Assembly (NCBI GenBank): GCA_964016885.1
Contig: OZ024745.1
Span: 116,312,001-116,376,000, forward strand
From: Eledone cirrhosa
Lineage: Eukaryota
Direction of reading: 5' to 3'
Length of the DNA stretch: 64,000 nucleotides
The notes beneath the pieces were generated by a model that ran no database searches, was not told the origin of the DNA, and saw only the letters and a program-made list of their open reading frames with translations. Both the position numbers and the translations under genes were made by a program. Positions 1-13,814 of this stretch are shown here, one piece after another. Position 1 is the first letter of the stretch; each line of letters opens with the position of its first letter.

Positions 1-59
1 TTAATAAAAGGAATGAAAAATGGTGAAAATTCTCATTAAGCGCATTATTATGTACATTA

Positions 60-280
60 TTGGTGGATTAGCAGTATAGGTAGAGCATCGGATGCCATAA
101 TTTGCAGTATAATGTTACGGCCCTTTACGTTCTCAGTTCACATCCCCCCGAGGTTAGTTTTGCCTTTCATTCTAACGGGATCGATAAAATAAAGTACCAG
201 TAATCCACTGGGGTCAATTTAATTGACTTCCCCTCCCCTTCAAAATTGCAGGCCTTGTGTCTCAAAAAGAAACAATTATT
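60..280 (+). mobile_element. tRNA-derived SINE, family A (long form)
   Basis: A-box-like head TGGATTAGCAGTATAGG, B-box-like GTTCACATCC, body TTTGCCTTTCAT..GATCGATAAAATAAAGTACCAGT, tail CCTTGTG..AGAAACAATTATT; shared with more than 10 copies in the window. Confidence 0.85.
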
Positions 281-636
281 ATGTACATCACTTGATAAAC
301 ACAAGCAACCAATTCCAGGTTACATATTGTATAAAAGATCAACTACCTGTCAAGTATGTTTCATCTGTTTGTGACCCATGTTCATTACAGAAAGGTACAA
401 CAAGAGTGATATAGCACCCTTCACTTTACCATACATTGAAGAGACAAACATAATTCCCCCAATTAAAAAGTGTGCATTAAATAAAACACGTTTCTAGGAG
501 ACATTTCATTCTTATACTGTCCCTACCACACATACACATGCGGAAAGAGTTTAGAAAGAGAAAACAATGCAGCATGTACAGTCATCGCCAATGTAGTTTA
601 TATTATAACCGTTTGTATGCGGGAGTCCATGTAGAG

Positions 637-760
637 ACGGCAAATTGCTAGATTGTTTAGAAACTCGTACAGAATCCTTTCCTTTATTCGCTACAGCATT
701 CTACGCTCTCTGTTCAAATTCCGCTGCGGTCAATATCATCCGTTAGAGATCGATAAACAC
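637..760 (+). mobile_element. Decayed family A SINE
   Basis: GGCAAATTGCTAGA head, GTTCAAATTCCGCTGCGGTC B-box region, GATCGATAAA. Confidence 0.45.
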
Positions 761-2225
761 TTACTTGTCTAGTATCTACAATATTACTTCTGCCACAGGA
801 TCTCGCTCTAGTACTGCAATTTATTGAAATCACTAGTGCCGGAGTTAAGGATATTCTGAGTTAATGTTGTTTATACGACATTTATAAGGTTTAAAATTAA
901 TGGGAAAGTATGATTAGCTGCACCAGAAGACAAGATTGAAAGAATCTAATTCCTAAATTGATTCATTACGAGACTACATTCAAAGAAAATATTTAATCAT
1001 GTGCTTTCTATGTTTTCTATTGCTCCAGGATATATGTTTTTGAAAGTAACTATTAAAGAAACATTAACTTACATAATATTATGCTATATGCCGGCTCTTT
1101 AACCTAATGTATTATAAAAGATATACTTAAGATTAAAGACATATATTTAAATGAAAATGGCGTAGATACATTTAATAGCCGCCCTTTTGAATATATATAG
1201 TCTATATTCATTTTTTATAGGTTACCCTTATAATATGGATGCATTCTTATATAGTGCTAGATTAAATTGAAATATGTCATGAACAGCAATTCATGTCATC
1301 ATGCGAGTGGTTTGCGTCTAATGTGTAGGGGAAAACCGAACGTTAAAATTTGTGTAGTGTTACTTTTATTTCCACCGAAGATACGTAAAATAGGCCAGAG
1401 AAAATACGAGGTATTCAGAGATTTCTAAATGTAAATGATTATGCTTATGACTTGCTGTCTATATGTGGAATACAATATCTACAGTGAACATAAACCAGAA
1501 GAAACTGTATCCAATTCATCCATGATTACCTAATTCTCATGTTCACCCATTTCTTCAAATATAAGAGCCAGCTTTATAGCTCAACACCTCAATTTCTCCA
1601 AACCACTCATATTTTCTTTTCATGTCTCGATGTTAAGTATGTACGTATCTACACTTCAATAGTAACTATTACAATCTTCAAACCAATTTTCCTTCAATAT
1701 TGTTAAGACATCGGAATAGATGAGGAAAATTGATATTGGCTTTATTTCTGAAAAGATTTTATTTCTGATACTGTTCCTAGCAGTAAACAGCGGAGGATGA
1801 AAGGCAATGAATTATTAGTATTGCCAAATGAATGGGTAATTTGAGAGCGAAAATGTGTGTTTGTATTATTGTTAAGTTATAATACCACAAGTGAGAAAAT
1901 GATGCACTACTAATTGAAATAGGAAAAACACATGCAAATAGCCAATATCTCATTAAGGCAATTAACATTTTCTCCAAGAGTATTTCGGTTTATCTCTTCA
2001 TTGCTGCATTGCATTTCACTCTAATTACTATATTTGATTGCATGATATTTATCTTCAGTTGCTAAATACCGCAGTCATCTGTAATTCTCCTATCTATATC
2101 TATTGTCTAACATTTAACAAGATCTATAAATTACATTTACTGACATACTTTGCTTCATCGAAAGACCTGCTAATGTGATTAAACGCTGTGTCACATCTTG
2201 CACGAACAGTGAGTACTTTCTAATT

Positions 2226-2408
2226 AATTGTTTCTACTTTTGCCACAAGGCCAGTAATTACCCAGTACATTACTGGTACTTTATTTTATCGATCCCGTAA
2301 GGATGAAAGGCAAAGTTAGCCTCGGCGGGATTTGAACACAGACCGTAAAGGGACGTAACTATGCTGGAAAGCATGGCGTCCGACTCTCTAACTACTCTCA
2401 AACTGCTT
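2226..2408 (-). mobile_element. tRNA-derived SINE, family A (short form)
   Basis: Reverse complement of the family consensus: ...TACTGGTACTTTATTTTATCGA..GGATGAAAGGCAAAG..GGGATTTGAAC. Confidence 0.9.
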
Positions 2409-2872
2409 TGTATTGATCTGTCACTATTTGTGTGTGTGCGAATGGGAGTGTTAGCTGACAAACAGCACTAATTTTGCCGATGGTGCAGTGAGTGAGTGAC
2501 AGACAACTCACGCCCTTACGGTCAGCGGGCTGCTATCAGTGGTCAGAATAATGATGACGTCACTAAACAATGACCAGCCCAAAGTCGCGCAAAGCGGATG
2601 AAGGTGGATATTATAGGCCTGTAGGGCTAGAAACCCCAGAAAGAGGATATGCTCCGAAATCAATAGACGTGTCCGAGGAACCTGCGAGTCTAGAGTCAGG
2701 TAGATCCACACACAGATCGCACCTCGAGCTGTTCACCGGGGAAACAATTGTAACACAATAAATTGAGTTCCGATGCATCACTGATTTTTCGTTTTCCATT
2801 TTATAATACTCTGCTCCGCAGGAGCATAGAGTGTTCAACCGGCATACCGCCTATGGAAGCATCTTAGCTACC

Positions 2873-2878
<6 letters not shown>
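2409..2878 (+). mobile_element. Probable solo LTR
   Basis: 470-bp GC-richer island bounded by TGTATTG...CATTACA (TG..CA, 6/7 terminal inverted repeat); TATA-like TATTATA near 2609 and AATAAA near 2757; no TSD seen. Confidence 0.45.
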
Positions 2879-2929
<51 letters not shown>

Positions 2930-2942
2930 TATATATATATAT

Positions 2943-5220
2943 ACAAAAGGGATATTTAATTTGTTGGTAATTCAACAAATATACATGTTTATAACTGATT
3001 CGAAGCACTCGATCTGTTATCAATGATATTAAATAAATGGAAACTATAGTTATAACACCATATTTATTCTATTATATATATGTCAAGGGTACCAAAACTT
3101 TGGTACGCCTTCATCAGGTAAAATACAAAGTTTGTTAGATAAATATTGACATATCCAGGAAGAAGATCTTAACGGTTCAAGTTTTCCTGGATAGTAAAAG
3201 GAAAGAAGGGAAAGAAAAGACAAATATTTCAAATTATTAAGATGAATATGCAAATGAATATTAAGATGCATATGCAAATGAGGTTGAGGTATAGGGATTA
3301 AAAAACGTTATTTTTTTACGCTAGGTAGATTTAAATAATTATTAGGATATATATATGTATGTGTAGGAAAAAGAAAGAGAAAGGAAGTAAGCTTGTATTT
3401 ACGTGAATTTAAAAGAATCAACAGTTTGTAGGAATGGTGGAATATGATTCCAGAATTTAAAAAATTATTTAGCTATATTATGAGTTATAATATTATATAT
3501 ATAATTAATTAGATAGTATGGAGATTTATGGTTGTAAGTACATTTTATCTTATTACATTGCAACAGGTTGTAAGTATATAAATATCTATAGAGATTAATA
3601 ATTGTGCAAGTATAAGTATTATTGGTGATTTTATAGAAATAAACCACATCTATTAATCGTTTACATTTCTAATATGAGTTACGAAGGATGTTGATTTTAC
3701 ATTTTACATAAATATTTAAGAAAAAGACGTAGTTCAAGTTGTAACAGCAGAACAATTTGTAGATTAAAATATTTTGCTCCAATATTGAAAAGGTTTTCAG
3801 AACATTGTTAATTTAGCGAAATTATATAATTTATCATACGAGTTACCATGTCTATGTTTGCTCCATTGTAAAGGAAAAGATAACTCCAATATTATTTGCT
3901 AACCATTGAATTTGATGAATAATTTACTTAGAAAGTATGTAGGGAAAAATTATATATTATTTTGTGTGAGATTATAAGGTGAGATTATTATATGTTTTTC
4001 AAGGATGAGAATTTCAATTACATATTATTTACGTCGAAAGATGTGTGAAAAGTTTGAAGATTAAAGAGAGGAAAACATGTATTATTAGATAAGTCAAGAG
4101 TGCATTTCGAAGAACTATCGTAAAGATGATGAATTTTAGAATGTCAATTAAAGAGTATCAATCTACATCTAAAAAATAGATTAAGAAGAGTATCATTATG
4201 AAAAGAATATCAAATGGTAAAAATACTAAATTTGAGAAGGAAGATCATTTAAAAAATTTTAATTTTTAAAGAAAAACTCAGTAAATAATAGGATCATTTT
4301 AAAGGTGTATAAGATATATTCAAGTGTAAAGAATATCATAGATTAAAAATACTTCGGAAAGTGGATTTTTGGCGATCTCTTGCAAGAAGAAAATAATTCT
4401 GTTTTTAAATTAATAGAGTTTTGACAGTTAATTATATAAAAGATTTCCCCGATACACAAATGACAGATTCTTGAGAGAGCCATATTTCGGTATGCAGGGG
4501 CTTTCGAAATCGTTCCCCAAGATATTAAATAGTCTATATTGTTATCCTTTAAATTCTAAATTAGATGTGAAAGTGAAGTGGAGGTTTTTTTATCGGACCT
4601 ATTAAATGTATGTTTGTGGTCGTACCAGCGTTCTTTGATTTTGTAGAAGTGGCACCAATATAGTTAAATATGTTGTCTCTAGTTTTAACTGTGCATTTAT
4701 AAATTACATTGTGGTCTAAGCAATTATTTTGTAAAGGGCAGTTTGATTTAATTCTAGTTACATTTTCTGGAGTTGTTGTTACTAGGAACGGTACTATTAT
4801 TATGAATATTGTTATTAGAAATATTATTATTGCTATCTTGGTTTGTTTGATTAGGGTTCAAATTTAAGTTTCTGTTATTAAGTCTATTTATATTTTGTGC
4901 TATGTTCATAGTAGTAGAGTAGGATAGTTTTATAGTGTGTCTGTTAAAAATAGAGTGGTATCTGTGGGCTTTAGGAAAACACTTATCTAGTGCTTTTAAA
5001 AATAGCTTTGCTAAAGGTGTTTTAACGCCTAATGAGAATAGGGAGAGTACCAAAAAATATTTCTAGTTCTAGTTTTTTTGTTTAGTTTACTATTTTAAGT
5101 TGAATTGCTTATTGTTATTATAATGAATTCTAGAATGATTTATAATGTTATTGTTATCTAAGTATTTAATTTTATTCGAGTATCCTGCTCTATGTAAAAG
5201 CCTCATTGTAAGATAGGACC
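2943..5220 (-). mobile_element. 5'-truncated Penelope-like element: RT thumb/linker, GIY-YIG endonuclease, long 3' region with HHR
   Basis: Minus-strand translation with frameshifts, ~5215-4343: [39 protein letters not shown]...CPLQNNCLDHNVIYKCTVKTRDNIFNYIGATS...ICHLCIGEIFYI; 3' end abuts (TA)n/(CA)n. Confidence 0.9.
3065..3125 (-). ncRNA. Decayed type I hammerhead ribozyme (GAAA>GACA)
   Basis: Reverse complement: TATTTTAC-CTGATGA-AGGCGTACCAAAGTTTTGGTACCCTT-GACA-TATATATA-ATAGAATA. Confidence 0.65.
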
Positions 5221-5502
5221 GCTATATATTTCCACTATCCAGTGAATTTCCAACCGATAAGGTATGATTTTCATGGGTATGTCTCTATTTATAAAACAAA
5301 CTTTATATTTTATCTGATGAAAGCATATCAATGTGTCTTGGTACCCTTGAAATATATATAATAAAATAAATATGCTTTTATAAATATAGTTTCCATTTAT
5401 TTAATATCATTGAATATTTACTCCAGTAAACTGCTGAGTGCTCTAAATCAGTTACAAACATTTATATTTGTTGGACTTCCAACAAATTAAATATCCCTTC
5501 TA

Positions 5503-5503
<1 letters not shown>
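5221..5503 (+). repeat. Inverted pseudo-LTR copy of the PLE 3' end (matches 2943-3200)
   Basis: e.g. CCAACAAATTAAATATCCCTT at the end is the reverse complement of the 2947-2965 region; ends at (TA)n. Confidence 0.85.
5306..5368 (+). ncRNA. Minimal type I hammerhead ribozyme
   Basis: Stem I TATTTTAT/ATAAAATA; CTGATGA 5314-5320; imperfect stem II; GAAA 5349-5352; palindromic loop 3 (TATATA); AUA cleavage triplet ending at 5360. Confidence 0.75.
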
Positions 5504-5581
<78 letters not shown>

Positions 5582-6210
5582 GTAAAACATCTATTTACTT
5601 AGGTTATGCTGCCGAGCAAGCGTTGCCGAAATATTTAAACTGGTGCAAAAGAGTCAGCAATAGTCGCAAACCGTGTTAATACCCTCGTATCACTTCATTC
5701 ATTAGATCCTCCTATTGAGAGTTTCGATAACCTGGAGAGCTAGACGTTAAAATCTTTTATCACTAGACGGCAATATGTCGATGATACATTTCATACGCTG
5801 TTAGAAGTTTACAGCAATATCAACGGCTTCAATTTTTTTTCCTTTCAATTCGAGGTTGTTGTGAGATCTTAGATAAATAAATCATTATAAAATGACATTG
5901 TATATTTATAAAACAGCATATGCTATTTGGATGATATATTCATAAATTATAACATCCATATATCACTTAAGTTTGGAGTGATTCAGACATAATATTCTAA
6001 TCTAATTTGACTGATAGACGCCTAATCATATTAGTAATAGTCTGATTATTGTTAGTAAATTGCTAGTCTCTATACTTGTGAATTGCACTGATATGAAGGC
6101 ACACGCAGACACTCACGCACGCATACACACATCCACACACACACACATATATATACATATATATATGTATACATATATATACGCACATGACATGCACACA
6201 TACACACACG

Positions 6211-6246
<36 letters not shown>

Positions 6247-6298
6247 CGTGTGTGCGTGTGTGTGCGTGTGTGCGTGTGTGTTTGTGCGTTTGTTTCTG

Positions 6299-6330
<32 letters not shown>

Positions 6331-6409
6331 GTCGTACGTACGTGTGTGTGTGTGTGTGGGCGTACGTATGTGTGCGTGGTTGCGTTTGTAAATGTTTTGC
6401 ATTGAATCA

Positions 6410-7500
6410 GTTGACGTATGGATGTCAAAATATCCAGATCAATTTCCAGAGAGCTTTTATTTTTGGATAGCCTGCATCTAGTAATGGAGAAAAACCACAT
6501 TCTCTATGACAACTACTTTTATTTACAACTAAACTTGACGACCATAGACACAACATTAACCCCAATATATGTAACACTCATGATGGGTCTCCATGGGTAG
6601 AAGTTATATTTCCATATACTGGAATTGTTTAAACATGAATTTGCCATCTGTATAAGGATCAAGTGAAAACGATATTTAGAAGACAGCTCGATCTTCTTGC
6701 TATGAAACGAAAAATTCCTTGAAAGGGTTCCTTCTCGCTTAAACAGAAAACACAAAGCAAGACAATTCTCAAGGGTATTTAGTACAAAAGAACTACCTAT
6801 TTTGGACATTTTAACTTTCTGAGAAGAGGAAAATCTTACAAGCCAACCTATTCAAAAAAGTAATTGAGTTCCCAATCATCACACCATTGACATACGAAGG
6901 GAACATTCTTTTGAATATGGAACCTTAAAAACACAGCATTCCGGGAGAAGAGATTGCAAGAATTGAATGTGTTCCTTCAAGATCAAGTGTGACATATGAA
7001 CCTTATCCTTGCAACTATCTCCAAGCCCAGGACCATCATAGATACAAAACCAAAGAAATATAAGTGGAAAAGAGAATATCCTTATTCTCATCATCATTCA
7101 GATTCCTTGGCACTATCATATTCTAAATGCTGCTAAACTGTTTCAACATTCGCCAGAATATCCCCCCAAAACATGAATGGCCATCTGAAAGAATTATACA
7201 TAGTTTGGCTCCAAGCAACGAATTAAAATATAATTTAGGCGAGATTCACAGGGATAAAGAAATAATGCCAGTTCACAAATATAGTGACCCAGGATGGGGT
7301 TCTTACGAATATATTAATGAGGGTGAACAAATTAGTTTTGGAAAACAGTGAGATTATCAAACGCATCACAAGTACGAGTTGCAATTCAAGAAGATTAACT
7401 TATTGTGCTACCTTCCCACAGTGTAAATAATACTACCTTGTGTACATTGGAACAAGACATGACAGTAAAAAGGTACATAATTATAGAACAAGAAGTACAG
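6410..7500 (+). mobile_element. Decayed Penelope-like RT and GIY-YIG remnant (different family)
   Basis: LHLVMEKNHILYDNYFYLQLNLTTIDTTLTPIYVTLMMG (motif B-like), KRYLEDSSIF (YLDD-like), KELPILDI, later LTYCATFPQCK..YIGT; many stop codons. Confidence 0.7.
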
Positions 7501-7686
7501 TTGCGAAAGTTGTTAGGTATTAGGTTAATTTTTTTAAATATATATATAAGAAAATAAGGATTTATATATCCCACCTATTTCTGGTTCTAAGAATGAGTTT
7601 GGTTTGCACTATGTAAACGTCGTTACATACTTTTCATTTAATAGCATATATTAAATATATATATATACATATATATATATACATAC

Positions 7687-7730
<44 letters not shown>

Positions 7731-7731
7731 G

Positions 7732-7762
<31 letters not shown>

Positions 7763-7818
7763 ACACACACACACACATATATATATATAGATAGATAGAT
7801 AGATAGATAAATAAATAA

Positions 7819-9683
7819 TTTCCTAAAGCCCACAGATACCACTCTAGTTTTAACAGACACCATAAAACTATCCTACTCTACTACTATGAACATAGCACAA
7901 AATATAAATAGAATTAATAATAGAAACTTAAATTAAAACCTTAATCAAACTAACCAAAATAGCAATAATAATATTTCTAACAACAATTTTTCTAAGAACA
8001 ATATTCAGAATAATAGTACCGTCCGAACAACAACTCCAGAAAATGTAACTGTAGAATTAAATCAAACTGCCCTTTACAAAATAATTGCTTAGACAAAAAC
8101 GTAATATATAAATGCACAGTTAAAACTAGAGACAAAGTATTTAACTATATTGGTGCCACTTCTACAAAATTCAAAGAACGCGCGTATAACATAAACACAG
8201 ATTTAAGAGATCCGATAAAAAATCTTCCACTTCATTTTCACATTTAATTTGGAACTTAAAAGACAACAATATAGACTATTCAATATCTTGGGGAACGGTT
8301 TCCAAAGCACCTGCATACCGAAATATAGCTTTCTCAAGATTCTGTAACTTGTGTATATTTTTTTATATAATTAACTGTCAAACTCTATTAATCTTAAAAC
8401 AGAATTATTTTCTTCTTGCAGACATCGCGAAAATTCCACTTTCAGAAGTATTTTTAATTTATGATATTAATTACACTTGACTATATCCTATACACCTTCA
8501 AAATGATCCTATTTTCTTTAAAAAGTTTAATTTTAATTTAAATGTAAATTTAAATCTTCCTTCTTAATTTTGTTTTATATTTCTACTATTTTTACCTTTT
8601 GACATTAATTTTTTAATATATATATTTTTAAATATTTTTTATTTCGTTCATTATTATTTTCCTAATATTTTATTTTTTAGATTGATAATCTTTAATTGAC
8701 ATTCTGAAAATGTATCCTCTTTACGATAGTTCTTCGAAATGCACATTACGTTTTTCCTCTCCTTTTGATCTTCAAACTCTCACACATCTTTCGACTAAAA
8801 TAATTAATCCCACACAAAATAATATATCATTTTCTCTATATATTTTCTGAGTAAATCATTCATTAAATTTAACGGTTAACAAACAAGATTGGAGTTATCT
8901 TTCCCTTTTCAATCGTGCAAACATAAACATGATATAATATATGTACGATAAACTATATAACTTCGATAAATTAACAATATTCTGAAAACATGTTCAATGT
9001 TGGAACAAAATATTCGAATATAAAAATTGTTCTCCGCTTACATCTTGAACCAGCTGTTTTTTTTATGTAAAATGCAAAGTCAACTTCCTTCGTAACTCAT
9101 AGCAGAAATGTAAACAACTAATAATTGTAAATTATTTCTATTTCTATAATACTTATACATGCACAATTATTAATCTATATAGATATTTATATACTTATAA
9201 CCTATTGTAATGTAATAAGATAAAATATACTTACAACCATAATTCTTCATATAATATAATTGATTATATATACAATATTATAACTCATAATATAGCTAAA
9301 TAAATTTAAAGTCTGGAATCATATTCTATCATTCCCCCAAATTTTTAATTCCTTTTAAATTAACGTAAATACAAGCTCTTCTTCCTTTTTCTTATTTAAA
9401 TTCTGCAAAGCGTCTAAAATAACGTTTTTTTTTCAGCCCTATACCTCAATCTTATTTGCATTCTCATCTTAATAATTTGAAATATCTGACGTTTCTTCTC
9501 TTATCCCTTCACTATCCAGGGGAAACTTGAATCGTTAAGGTATCGTTTTCTTGGTTATGTCAAAATTTATAAAACAAACTTTGTATTTTATCTGATGAAA
9601 GCGTACCAAAGTTTTGGTACCCTTGAAATATATATAATAGAATAAACATGATTTTATAAATATAGTTTCCATTTATTTAATAT

Positions 9684-9688
<5 letters not shown>
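7819..9688 (+). mobile_element. Second 5'-truncated copy of the 2943-5220 PLE, opposite orientation
   Basis: FPKAHRYHS...RKCNCRIKSNCPLQNNCLDKNVIYKCTVKTRDKVFNYIGATSTKFKER; colinear inverted match to ~3020-4977; flanked by (TAGA)n and (TA)n. Confidence 0.9.
9584..9644 (+). ncRNA. Minimal type I hammerhead ribozyme
   Basis: TATTTTAT-CTGATGA(9592-9598)-AAGCGTACCAAAGTTTTGGTACCCTT-GAAA-TATATA-TA|ATAGAATA. Confidence 0.8.
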
Positions 9689-9776
<88 letters not shown>

Positions 9777-10132
9777 TTAAATAATATATATGAATATATA
9801 ATAATTAAATAATATATATGTTTATATATATATATGATAAACAAGCAAATTATAAATGTAAACATGTAAGTATGTTTTTGAAACGGTGAGCGATTTTGAA
9901 AATTAGAAATTAGAAATTATAAGCTTTCACCGTATTTTAGACTAAATAAATTTCTAGCCTGATAGTGGGGTTTATAACCCTCGGAGAAATGGAAAAAGAT
10001 GAGTATTGCCGTAAATTGATATCAGATACTTACATTCCATTGAACAAGGTACCTTAAATTATACGCTATACAAATTGATACTGCAAAACACTAGGGACAT
10101 TGGATTAGGTTCACTAATGGCATATATAGTGA

Positions 10133-10324
<192 letters not shown>

Positions 10325-11995
10325 GGGGGTTGAGGAAAGCGTTTATCGAAGTAGATACTTCATGAGTAAAATTATAATCCTTCCAGCAATTCCATTGTCA
10401 TTTGCGACGAATTTCCGCTCCACATGGAATTGCTTTTGAACGTCCTTACGGCAAATTCAGTTTAAGTTCGTACACATGTAGGTGTAAACATATTTTCTGA
10501 AATTACGGAAGGAACTAACTTACAATGTGTCCTTTAGTTAATATATATGGTGATAACTAAACATTGTGTGTAAGATAGGAATGTTTTATTGCAGGCGACT
10601 CTGTGCGAGTGAGAATATACTTATGTTGAAAATGGAAACCACTGTAATATGTAAGCCAGGGAATAAATGTGATTGGTATTTTCATCGTTCATTCATCCCC
10701 CAAATCGTTAGTCTTGGCGAAATGCCCCTACTTATCTGACATATGCTCATCCACCTTCCGACTCATAGGATCAAACAAAAACCTAGATGTTTTATTTAGG
10801 CTATTGTAGGATCATTTAATAAAATTGGAAACCAAAAGTTTATTTTATTTGATCCAGAATAATCTGATACTTTCATGAATATTTTGGTGTGTGTTCATTT
10901 ACAAGAGTTGATTTCAATGGAAACATATATCCATATATTCGACAAATGGTTCAGACGAGATATATGTTAGCGAAATATAAATGTCCTTACAGAATCTAAT
11001 ATAAATTAAGGACGAACACCACAGATTAATCAAGTCTCATTAAGTCTCATAGATGGCGAATGTCATAAGCTATTGTGACCTAGAATCAGTTCCTAGAAAA
11101 CAAGATAATCGATCGCAAACACTAAATGAATCTTAACTAAATTCACTGTTTAAATATATTACTATTTGAAACGCATATAGCAAATCTAATGTATGCAGGG
11201 TTCAATTATTATGAATATTAGCATCCTTCTTAATGTTGCATATACATTACCAATTAGGAAACAATTTCGCTGTTTCAAATTAGTTGACTACCGTAGTTTT
11301 AGATTCTAAACGTGTCTTGAAAATTGAAGTAATTATATAGCAGATGAAATACCGTTGTCGTTACTAGAATGATATACAATATATAGAAATTATGGTAAGT
11401 TAACTCTCTTAATGATTTGAAGAAATCGAAGATGTTAAACTAGCATAACACATTTTAAACATCATAGAATATCCCCGAATATTATGATTGGAATTACAAA
11501 TAAGCCTCAGGATATATACATGACACAAACTACCTTCCTCAATATTAAACATATAACATTCTAAGTTCGTCGTTACTATTAAAATGGTATATAATAATTA
11601 GTATTTAATAAGTAGATAACGGAAATAAAATTAATTAACGGAACTCAATTATGTATATCATCTACACGTCGTACAGTGATTTTGATAACTATAGATGTTG
11701 CGCTATAGTACTTCCAACCATATACACCACGCTATTTACAACTTCTTAAATAATTTCTGTATATATAGTAGGAGGAAAGAGATGCGTTATTGTTTTCGTT
11801 ATGTGTATACAAACAGTACATATTATCTGGTTAAACGAACTAAATAATCCATGATTCTTTCACGAATTGCAACAAAATTTGACAACGTCAAAATCCTGTG
11901 GGAGACTTCCATCAATCTGATAACAGTTTCTTGTTAATCTGGAGTATGATTTCGTTAATCTGGAGTATGAATGTGTGTATGTGAGAGTTTTTTTT

Positions 11996-12063
<68 letters not shown>

Positions 12064-12826
12064 CGGTGAGATAGAGAGCTAAGCAATGCTGTTATCATTA
12101 TTGACTTATCCCGACCAAAGACAATCCCGACGTTTGAAATCAACGAAAATATACTAATGACACAAATTGTGTTGAAAGGTTGGAAAATTGGAGTACTATG
12201 GAAGTTGAACACAGACGAAAATAGAAATTGAATTTTATAATATAAGTGTTTCTACAGTAAAATGTTCAGTAAGTACAAGCCATGTTAGTAGTCCTAGACA
12301 TTTTAATTAACAAATAAATGTCTTCTGTTTATAACGTTTTACAAAAGAATAACTACATATAGAATATAAATACTGCAAATGGAAAAATATTTATTATCAC
12401 GAATTGAATTATCATGAGATATATCTTTGTTATGGCTGTGAAGGGATATATACCGTTTAGTAATGTGCGTGTTCCGGGTGTTACGAAGCAGTATTAACTA
12501 ATTAGGAAAGTTATCGATGGTTATCTATAGAAAATGCTATCTTCTAGCCTATTTGAAATCACTTCATTGTTTAAACTGGGCAACATAATTCATTGTCAAA
12601 TTGGCAATGTGGCAAATATAGGATTCTGTTACCACTATGTACATGTTCGTGTTTCGTGTGTTGAAGAGTTTTTTTTATCGTAATATCATCTCTTTTTTAA
12701 TTATTACACTCAGTTTAAGTGTCTGACCTCTGACGGAGAATGACAAGTTTAAATCATTTCAATAATAAGAAAAATGGGTTTGTCAAGAAATGTTTACGTT
12801 TTCATGGCGTAGTTTCTTCACTAGGG

Positions 12827-12950
12827 AGGCGAATTGGCAGTCTCTAGAAGATTGTATAGAATGATTTGTGATATTCCTTCCAATTCTCAGCTTTGCCTTG
12901 CATCATTTCGAGGTCGATAAAAAAGTACCAGTCAAGTACTGGGGCTGGCC
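12827..12950 (+). mobile_element. Decayed family A SINE
   Basis: GGCGAATTGGCAG head; CTTTGCCTTGCATCATTTCGAGGTCGATAAAAAGTACCAGT. Confidence 0.55.
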
Positions 12951-13623
12951 AATCCTCTATATCGCTTCACACTTCCTCTCACAACATGTCTATACTTCTC
13001 TGGCAAAAAAACTACTGTGATGAGACTGGGAGCGGGCTTGGCTCCGCCAGGTTTTAAAATGCCGCAGAAAAGCCCTATGACTCCAAAAGGAGTTACGGGA
13101 TTAAGAAAATGAAGAAGATGTTCCTTAATACCTAAAGATTGGAAACCCATCTCAATGCCCATTTGAGCTATTTTCCTTAGCTCTCATTTTCTAAATTTAC
13201 AAAGTTACTGGTTAAGATCATTTCTTTTTAATTGTTACACATAAAACATTTTGTCAACTTATGGAAGCAGTCTTAGGTAGAATATTATATGCTGCCCAGA
13301 ACTATTAAGACAGAAAATATTCGAATTTTGCCCTAAAATTATGGAAGTTCAGTTTCTGTGTAATAGAATACAAATTATTATTGCCATGTTGTGTCATTCA
13401 CCAGCTATGATGGGGATTTTAATTCATTAACTATGTATTGCGTACGCCCTTCCATGCATCTACCCAACATGACCTTCTAATTATCTTTGGTTATTCCGTA
13501 CATCTACCCAACATGACCTTCTAGTTATCTAGAAATAAATCATTTGGCAATACCTATCGATAAAATTCCATTAAAAGGAATAGTGCATTTTAAGTTGAAC
13601 ATAAGTATATAAATATATCAAAA

Positions 13624-13814
13624 TAATTGTTTCTACTTTTGGTACAAGGCCAGCAATTATCCCAGTGCATTACTGGTACTTTATTTTATCGACCCCGTAA
13701 GGAGGAAAGGCAAAGTTAACTTCAGCGGGATTTGAACTCAGATCCTAAAGGGACGTAACTCTATGCTACAAAGCATGGCGTCATATCCTCTATCAATACT
13801 GCCAATCCATCGCT
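13624..13814 (-). mobile_element. Family A SINE with imperfect TSD
   Basis: Consensus match; flanks TATCAAAATAAT and TATTAAAATAAT. Confidence 0.9.

Noticed and set aside
4343-4760. Selenocysteine recoding in the PLE endonucleases, as known for some Naiad PLEs
   Set aside because: Domain order is RT then EN, and the conserved cysteines I read are normal Cys codons; the breaks look like ordinary decay.
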